Source: Octopus vulgaris (lineage: Eukaryota). From it: a stretch of DNA of 64,000 nt. How positions within the stretch are numbered: position 1 is the stretch's first letter; the number at the start of each line of letters is the position of its first letter. Positions 54,365 through 64,000 of the stretch are shown one piece after another. A model generated the notes under the pieces. The model did not search any database. It had not been told where the DNA came from and saw nothing but the letters and a program-made list of their open reading frames with translations. A program made the translations under genes and the position numbers. The stretch spans positions 9,052,001 through 9,116,000 of the forward strand of contig OX597835.1 of NCBI GenBank assembly GCA_951406725.2, read 5' to 3'.

Positions 54365-56060
54365 TTACTTAAATAATCAAATGTTGTGATCACTCTCGGC
54401 ATATTAATACAGTAAACCAATAGTCCTGGTTTCTTAGAATTTATTTAAGATGTTTAACTTTTGTAGAGATTTGAGTTTTTATTAAATAAAATGAAAATAT
54501 TTCTTTTTCCAAATGTTGCTGTTTCGTTAAATAATCATAGTTAAATGATCATATTTCTTTACTCTTATTACTGGAAAATCAAAACTTTCTGTTAACGCTC
54601 TTCTACCGACTTGTCACTTTCGCGAACAGTTTAAAATTCTTGCGAAGCGCCAGAGTCGTTAGTGTAACGAAAATAATTAATTCAACTCTTTACTATTTGA
54701 ATTGAAACTCTGCTGAAGTCGAGATTAATTTTTATTCTATCGGAACTTCATAATTTTTTTACTGGTCAAGCACTAGGGACGATATTGATTTAATATTTTC
54801 ACAATTGCTAGCTTTGTGTTTACGTTAGACACCATTATATTTCAATAAATTATGTGTTCAGATTATCATTCAATAGTGAGAATATAATAAGTTTTGCAGC
54901 GAATCATGAACCAATATCATTGGTATAAAGCGAGATAAATACAGAAATGAAAACACCGTTGAAATCCTATTCATTTTTTAACCAGTGCAGCCTCGTTACT
55001 GCATCCGTCACTTTGGTCATCGTAGCGAGGAAGGGTTCTGATTTGCGTTTTCGAACTTTCTATAAAATCCTTCAACTTCTCACCACTATCAAGAGTTTCA
55101 TTGTGAAGTAATTCAATAACCCCAAAATGGGGCATTGTGTTCTATTGCAGTACTATTAAGCACTCTATCATCTGAATGAAAAAAATAACCGACAACTTTT
55201 CTTCGTAAGATCCGAAGATATCAAGTTGCTTTAGCTCTTCGGAAGACAAAAAAATCAAACACACACAATGTTCGAAGTTTGTTAGCAAACTGACGTCTTG
55301 GAAGGAAATAGATTTTTAATCCGACTACAATAGCAGAATAGAAATATGGTAAAATGTAACAAGAAATAATATTTCCAGCACAGGGTTTTGATGTGAGAGC
55401 TTCAAGAGGGAGGTATTGAAAATTAAGTTCTTCCTGCTGAGTAAATTTTCAACTTGGTAATTAAACGTAGACTAACTGAAGAAATTAAAAGTATCAGAAA
55501 CAACCGTTGATAGAGATTGGCTCATGAAATTCTGATAGGTGTTGGCTACGCAAGTGCCACGTCATGCATAATCCAAATCCGAGGAGAGGTTCTGAGAAAT
55601 GACTCAAAAAGCAAAACAAGAAACTGATTTCACAATCAGGACATTTTAACGAGAGACGTACCGTATTCAAACGTAAAACGTAAAAGTTATTATACCATAG
55701 ACATTAATCATTTGACTATTACAAGTTTAGATATGATAAAATATTTTCAACATGTCTCTGTGATCTTCAGTATTTTACAAAGCTGTAGGGCTTTTCAATA
55801 TATGTTTTTGATCGTATCCTCAAAAAGAAAACAAAAATTAAATTAATAATCGGAAATATCATCAATAGACTCAGTGATGAAGTTAAATCCTAACATTGAA
55901 AAACTCGAGGCAATTTATCATTTCATTGGGGGGACAAAATAATATTAGCGACTGACGCATTTCCTTGTATTCAAATCAATTATATTCAAATTCATGTATT
56001 ATTTATCATGGGTCAATAAAGAAATTACCAGTAATGTATTCTGTTGACTCAAGTTGACAG

Positions 56061-56122
<62 letters not shown>

Positions 56123-56182
56123 CAATTCTTTGTTTGTATTCCACCTGCCTTCGTCTTTTGTTTATTTTCATAAAGCTTCCCG

Positions 56183-56232
<50 letters not shown>

Positions 56233-56622
56233 CAGGCGACTGCAAACACCATTGATTCATTGATGAATGAGACAGCATATATATATATCAAAGAATTTTG
56301 ATCTCATTCTCTTACCATAGAAGCCTACGCTATATCATATCATCTAAGATATATGTAAATCATATATCATACAAAAACCATCTTGGTAAACGTTTCATGT
56401 GAACAAATGAGTTGCATTAAACTGTCAAACGTATGACTTTAATTTTACAGGGATGCAGAAATCCCTATAGAGGTTTTGTCGTATATAAAGCTTGAAGGTT
56501 TTTAGAATTACATTTTAAGAAACAGTTTATGCTCAGTAAACGATTTTATTACATTAGGTACATACATGCTCATACATATATGCATGCATATAAATATATA
56601 TATATGTGTGTGTGTGTCTGTC

Positions 56623-56666
<44 letters not shown>

Positions 56667-56691
56667 CATACATACATACATATGTATATAC

Positions 56692-56752
<61 letters not shown>

Positions 56753-56854
56753 GGAGTAAACACATAAATGTGAAACAAGGTGGAAAAAGGAGTACTCAAA
56801 TACCAGTGGTAGAGTAGAGTAATATGCTTTATTTACAGCAGCAGAAATTTGAAT

Positions 56855-56901
56855 AAAACCTGTTACTCTGAGTTTCCCGTTGCCGTTCATCGGACAGTTT
56901 T
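56855..56901 (-). ncRNA. Minimal hammerhead-like motif in a ~160-bp insert within (TA)n
   Basis: AAAACUGU-CCGAUGA-A-CG-GCAA-CG-G-GAAA-CUCAGAG-UA-ACAGGUUUU; stem I pairs; stem III ACUC/GAGU; GUA site. Confidence 0.65.
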
Positions 56902-56906
56902 TGCTA

Positions 56907-56959
<53 letters not shown>

Positions 56960-57182
56960 TTTACATACTGAGAAATATATCTATCTGTGTGTGTGTGTTT
57001 GTGTAAGGTAACAGAAATGGAACGAAGCGAATGAGAGTCGAACTTTTGGACAAGTGGAAAACTAAGAACAAGTAGAAAAATATTGAGAAGCTGGTTGACA
57101 AAATGGAAGCACGAAAGACACTGTTGGCATAACAAATCGTGTACAGGGAATAGAAAACCGTGAAAGACAATGGAAAACCGGT

Positions 57183-57218
57183 AGACTGACGTTTCAAGGG
57201 AACCTTTTATCAAATTTC
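57183..57218 (-). ncRNA. Decayed hammerhead-like motif
   Basis: UUGAUAA-AAGG-UUC-CCUU-GAAA-CG-UC; two core substitutions and poor stem I. Confidence 0.4.
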
Positions 57219-57548
57219 AATGCAACAGAAATACAGAAAAATGAATCAAAGTTTACGAATTTATAGCACGTTTTTGTCTTTTACTGCACAATGCATAAAA
57301 TATGTGTATATACATACATCCCTACATGTATATGTATACATATATGTTTGTATATATACACACATATGTGTATATACAAACATATATTGATGTATGTGAG
57401 TATGTATCCAGACACACACACACTCGCACACACACACACATATGTATATATATATAGGGAGAGCTTACGAAAAAAAAAAACAAAGACGAAGACAGGTGGT
57501 GTACAAAACAAACAGATGTATTCGTATAACGGTCAGGAATAGAGGAAG

Positions 57549-57585
57549 TCTTTTACGTTTCGGGCTTACGCTCTTCTACAGAAAT
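57549..57585 (-). ncRNA. Decayed or variant hammerhead-like motif in a PLE-like insert (57458-57665)
   Basis: UUU-CUGUAGA-A-GAGC-GUAA-GCCC-GAAA-CG-UA-AAA; related fragments lie on the opposite strand at ~18647-18705 and ~56119-56182. Confidence 0.5.
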
Positions 57586-57674
57586 GGACACAGAAAAAAC
57601 AAGGCGGAGAAACAAAGAGAAATAAAAACAGGAGGGAAAAAATGTGTGTAGTGGCTAACGATCTCTCATATATA

Positions 57675-57762
<88 letters not shown>

Positions 57763-59153
57763 TATATGTGTGTGTGTGTGTGTGTGTGGAGAGAGAGAGA
57801 AAGATTAGGTGTAATGACTACAGTAAAGGGGTGACTGAAATGTATGGCTAGGAGTGAGAAATATGGGATCAGTAAGCAGAGAGTGCTATGTGATGTCCCT
57901 TTAGAAACGCAAGGTAAGTCACCGGCATCTCCCGTCTTAGATGGCTCATAATAAAGAAATTTCATTGTAATTAATCACACACTATTTAATCACGTTCAAT
58001 TTAAATCTATGTGTTCCATTCTTCATAGTAATTTCTATTTCAACATTTAAATTGTCTATGGTTTGTTTTAGAACATTTAAATATAATTGTGATTGCTTAT
58101 TTTCCATTTATTTCAATAATAGAATCCAATAATTGCTGTCAACCAGTTAACATCAATTATAGTTGTTTTTCCTCTAATATTTCGGTTACATTTAATTTCT
58201 AACTGTATTATTACAATTCACTTGCTATTCAGTGACTCTTTGCTCACCATCAATGTGAAGTCTAGACTAAAAGATATTATATGGTTTAATTGAATGCGGT
58301 AGTAATTCTCCTAATGGCAGTCGGTTATTTGTTATTATTATTAAATATCTTAATCATTATTTCCTTTTTAGTTTATAATTGCCATTATTTCTGTAGCTAT
58401 TACTAAATTAGAAAATTACTAATATTATATCACTATTAGAACTACTCCTGAGAATGATATGAGTAGAAAAAGAGCTATGGGTCAGTAGGTCACGTGAATT
58501 GCTGGCGCGAACAGAGAAAAGGAGGGCTGGGTCTGTGGTGAAGTTGCAGGGTGGTAGGGTGGTCGGATAAATGTTGGCAGAAAATGCGTAATCTAGTTTG
58601 AGGACTATTGAGGAGGGATAGTAAGTAAGGCGAATGGGAGGCGAATACGGGTGGAACGGGCGGAGGAAGAAAGGGTGAATGCGCGGTCAGCAAACCAAGC
58701 GTGGATAACTACGACTTGGATAACAGTCGGGTGTATCCTCATTAGCGGCAGTGTCAAACCATGTGTTGGGTCCGTGTCTCAGATCCATGGTTTTCATTAC
58801 AGAGCCGACGGAAACGAAGGAGCTGATGGATGGACAGCCATGTAGGTTAAATGCAAATACAAACGCAGACACGGATCTATTCTGGAGAAAGACAAAATGG
58901 AAAAGAGAGAAGAATATGAGAGAGAAGAGGAGAGACAAAGGAGAAAAAACCGTTAAACCGCGAAGAGAATGTGCGATGACAGAACACCGACAAAGAATCT
59001 AATAATACTTGAAAAGAAATAATAATAATGCGTATATTTATTGGCAAATTGACATCCACAAGTATAACAATATTTGTTTCAGCACATGATTTCAGATCAA
59101 GAATCTTGCATAGCAAGTACATAAACGTGTATGTATATGTATATTTGTGTGCA

Positions 59154-59186
<33 letters not shown>

Positions 59187-59192
59187 ATGTGA

Positions 59193-59232
<40 letters not shown>

Positions 59233-59239
59233 TGTGTAT

Positions 59240-59640
59240 CTCTCTTCCCAGTAGAAATCCTCTCCTTAGAACAGTATCGATTTTCTACTTCTTTTGGGAT
59301 TTGCGATCAGGAAATTGTTAGGATCCTTTTGAGTCGTTGATACTTGTATTTGTGTAACATATTAACCTATAACGGTGGCGAGGTAAGATTCGGATATTCT
59401 GGTATGTTACATATCTTTTCGATCATTCGATTTTATTTGTAGCCGCAATTACACAACACATTATACACACATTGCTTTTTAAAGTCACTAACAACTGGAT
59501 ATCTGGTGACTCCTTTCCTTTTCTCAGAAATCGACAATGTCTATATCAGCAGACTGCTTCTAGGTTGGTATTCGTGTTGCTACGGTTCTTTTGATGGTTA
59601 TATCACAGATATCGTCTTATACTATAACTGCACTCAGTAC
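59240..59640 (-). mobile_element. Possible very decayed R4/Dong-like LINE 3' end
   Basis: Frameshifted minus-strand peptides ending IPEYPNL...RLKRILTIS* loosely resemble the RLE-LINE C-terminus seen at 15075-15122. Confidence 0.3.
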
Positions 59641-60836
59641 TTCTGGCATAAAGGCCAAAACGATATAGCCAATACCATCATCGATTTTTTGGTCTATACC
59701 CGCAGTATGGTATATTAATACAGATCCGTATCACTCGTAGTATCTCTAACTTTTCTTCTTTCCATCCCTCATATTTCCATTCTTCCTTTTCATTTTGTGT
59801 CACTTTTCTCTTTTCTTCTGATGTTAACAGTTGGGTTTTAAGAATCAAATATTATTCACTTCACTCCAAGATATGACTATTTCTGCTCATCCTTTAGGGC
59901 GTGATTAAGGCAAAGTTAATACAAATTGTTGTCTTTGCTAAACTTGGCTATAAAACCTCGTAACAGTGTTTCCCCCGCACACGGACACTGCGCAATATTT
60001 ACAATAAATGGAATATATTCGAAAAAATATATCACGATATTTAGGAAAACAGAGAAATGTAAGATAACACAGGAAAATACTCCTTTCTACAAAAGGCACA
60101 CGACCAAACATTTTGTGGAGCGTGGGGGTGTGGACTAGTCGGTTATATCGCCCCCTGGTGATTCACTGGTTCATAATTTATCGAGCAGAAAGGATGAGAG
60201 CAAAGTCGACATCGGCAGCACTTGAACTCAGAAAGTACAGACCGATGAAATTTCGCTAAAACACTGCTCGGCGTGCTAACGATTCTGTTATGGAATAATA
60301 TAGTAGGTGTTCCCAGATTTAAAACTATTGCCGTCCATCAAATTGAAGGTATGCTACACCGGGAACGAATACGAAAAACTCACCTCATTTACAGTTGCAA
60401 CACAAAAACAAAATGTCGTCTATAATATCACCTCAAACATTATCAAAAGCGTTAGTCACTTTTTTCTGAATTTGATTTCTAAAAATGGTAACCGACAGAC
60501 TTGCGAAATTTAGGGTTAACATAATGAAGAGTGATTTATCTGTAAAAGTTTAAAAAATCAAAGCTTTTACAGCATATACAAAAATGATCAGAGGTCTTTT
60601 GAGCAGGACGGAAAATAACCTTTAGTGTGAAGGCCAAAACATTAGACGAAATTAATATCGCAAATCAATAAGTAGAGTAGTGATAATATATTTAACACTC
60701 GAACAATTTCCCCAATTTCCCCTCCAATAGATTAGTTATGACTCGACAAACTATTGACACGGTAAGGTTGATAGCTAGATTTAAAGTGAAAGAGAAGTAG
60801 AGTGTGAATGAGTGTGAGAGACAGGTGGTGTGTTTA

Positions 60837-60873
<37 letters not shown>

Positions 60874-61032
60874 GGATATGAAGTAGAGGTATCATACGTT
60901 CCGAATTGTAATTCATTACTTCATGTATGAACAGGCTTGAGATTTTCCGAGCAATGCAATTACTCTTACAACTACACCCCATACACATGAATATATGTGT
61001 ATGTATATATACATACTTATATATTTATTTTA

Positions 61033-61285
<253 letters not shown>

Positions 61286-63419
61286 ACATACATATACATA
61301 CATACACACACATACAGAGAGACACACACATTTATATATGTATATATATTATATATACATGTAATAACTTTGTACTCCACAAACTTGTAGATTAACCCAT
61401 TAGATTAATGTAAAATTGCTTTTATTGTAATTGAATATGAAAATTCTAATATATATATAAACTTCCTTCTTTTATTCTTTTACTTGTTTCAGTCACCTGA
61501 CAGCGGCCATGCTGCAGTACCACCTTGAAGGGCTTTTAGTTGAACATAGCACTTTATTAAGACTAGTTCTTATTCTGTCGGATCCCTTTTCCGAACCGCT
61601 ATCGTACTGGGGCGTGAACACGTGCGCATCAGTTGTCAAGCGGTGAGTGGGGAGTAAAGCATTTTATACTCAATTCGGGGAAGTTATATCCTCATTAACG
61701 ATTTCATAATCCAAGGTATTCCTCTGGTTTAATCCCTATCATGTAATGCGAAAATCATTAGTGTGTGTTACGGATTACTGAAATTATCAATGTTGGGGGA
61801 GGGAAGTAGAAATTCGAGAAATAATGGATTCATGAATAATTTATTTGTATGCTATAAAATGATGAAAATCCCTTTTAAAAAACATAACAGTACAAAGAAG
61901 AGAAGACAGATAGCGCAAACATCTGCCAAGGCAACGAATTAACCGATGATTTTAAAAATGAGAATATCTGGAATAAATTCGACTGCTTTCACAAACAAGA
62001 ATACTAAAGATGAACCTGACTGCTTTCAAAAATTAAGTAGAAAAAAGAGGGAAAATAATCCAGAATCTTGGTTCAGTACCTGATCGATCCCAATGGTAGT
62101 CAGGAAAAGTGAAGGTGGGTGTGTGAGTCATGTTTCTAATACTGTGTGTGTGTCATCTGCAGTGGGAACATGGACAGTTTTCTCTATGAAGGTCAAATTT
62201 TAGTCTTATCCGCTGATATAGTGTCTTTTACGGGCATGATGGTAAAGATTTATCCTCGTGTGAAAGAAAACGGAAAAGACCTGCATGCAGGGCTGTTGAT
62301 GGACATCGGGTCTAGGTATTACCGTCGCCTCACAGATGACCCCTTCAGCCTCACATCGGCTCACTAATTGAAAGTTATATACACTGCAAGAGCAACATGC
62401 CTCCCAACTTGTAATGCGGATACTTGTTAAAATGTTTTTGGTGTCAGTTGCACAACTAAAGGAGATTCTTAGGCTGTGCTTGTTAAATAAATGCCTGTAT
62501 CTATGTGCGAAATGTTTATGAGGCTACGGTGATACCTTAACCTTCCAGCAGCAATATTGGCATATTAACCAGATCTCACGCCAGTACAGTTGCCACGCCC
62601 AGAGATAAGTCACCAGTCCGAGGGACCAGCGTCACTGAGGGCGTCATCGATGACCCCGGTACCACCACCAGAGTTAATGAACAAACCATAGACACAGACA
62701 GAGGGACCAGGCCCGCAACATATGTTACCACCAGTACAATCGCCACACCTAGAGATGATGACCAATACTAGACCAGCGACATGGAGGAGGTATTCGGCGT
62801 TCCTAGTACCACCACCATAGATGATGAGCATATAATTAATCTTCGACACCGATGAATCTGGTGTTATAAAATAGAGCCAAGAACGGAGGCAATCTAGCAA
62901 CCAGAAATGCTATAAACCAAAATCAAGTACAAAGCAGATCTTGCACGGTTTTGAACTACATGCAACAATACTGTATTATCCCCACTTTCAATTCTACTAA
63001 TTAAACGCCATTTCTTCTAATTAAAATCATTTTAAGAGCGTTCTCATATTCCTTTTATAACCGTACTCATCTCTGTGTTCTGCCTATAAATGGAATCAAA
63101 AGGAATATACAATTATTACAATCTCAGCCCACAGATGCTAAACACAGGTATTGATATTGCATTGTAGTTTATTAATTGTCGTATTGTCACGCTACAGCTC
63201 GCAATATCTTTGTGTTCAGCCACTTGCTGGAGTATGCAGTTCTGTCATTCCGCATCACATCAGTTCGTTGGGAAGATTTATACAACGTTATTATTTACCG
63301 AATGCAATACAACTTATCTATACCTAGAGGAGACATATATCTGACTGTATGCATTGCACACCTGTATGTATGTATGTATGTGTCTGTCTGTGTATTTGTA
63401 TGCATATATAAAAGTGTGT

Positions 63420-63652
63420 AAGGCGGCGAGCTGGCAGAAATGTTAGCACGCCGGGCGAAATGCGTAGCTGTATTTCGTCTGCCGTTATGTTCTGAGTTCA
63501 AATTCCGCCGAGGTCGACTTTGCCTTTCATCCTTTCGGGGTCGATTAAATAAGTACCAGTTACACACTGGGGTCAATATAATCGACTTAACCCGTTTGTC
63601 TGTCCTTGTTTGTCCTCTCTGTGTTTATCCCCTTGTGGGTAGTAAAGAAATA
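63420..63652 (+). mobile_element. SINE family B with TSD
   Basis: Family B match; ATATAAAAGTGTGT(A/G) on both flanks. Confidence 0.92.
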
Positions 63653-64000
63653 ATATATAAAAGTGTGTGGTTGTGTATGTGTTTTTTTCTTCGATCCAGT
63701 GCATACCTGAAAGATGGAGGAAATAGTACTTGCCTATGAATTTCAAAACTCTGATGAATATTTATCAGAGCATTTGGAGGCAGCAGTAATAATCCGAGAC
63801 AAACCATGAATTAGTCGGAAGTGTTCTCTTTCTGACAACATCAAGAAGGGTTTCCAGAATTTTTTAGACTTTTGTTGGAGTACAGGTATATCTGTACCAG
63901 ATGATTATAATTTTTCTATATCAAAACTATACATCTCAAAATGTAACCTGTCGACTCCCGTTATTCCAGATTGAAGGAGACGGTTGCACCTTCGCTTTGA

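Noticed and set aside
58480-59000. GC-richer island with CUAAUGA-GGAUA..UAUCC on the minus strand
   Set aside because: No GAAA or stem III and no recognisable protein motif; likely a decayed transposon, but unsupported.

Overview
AT-rich eukaryotic (animal) non-coding DNA, packed with microsatellites ((TA)n, (CA)n, (GATA)n, (ATG)n, (TTA)n, (GTA)n) and transposon remnants. The repeat content (several tRNA-derived SINE families plus CR1-, R4/Dong-, mariner-, Helitron- and Penelope-like fragments) suggests an octopus/cephalopod intron or intergenic region; that assignment is inference. I found no credible host gene exon, and almost all ORFs in the track are microsatellite or SINE read-throughs. 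The most interesting signal is a set of Penelope-like (PLE) remnants inserted in microsatellites. It includes two essentially intact type I hammerhead ribozymes with palindromic stem III (34015-34092 minus, 38389-38484 plus) and several decayed ones. It also includes a tRNA-headed (A-box/B-box) short element carrying a hammerhead tail next to a GIY-YIG endonuclease remnant (41945-42873), and fold-back insertions whose arms were copied within each insertion (83-455, 47562-47754, 38341-38690). All structures and translations were read by eye.
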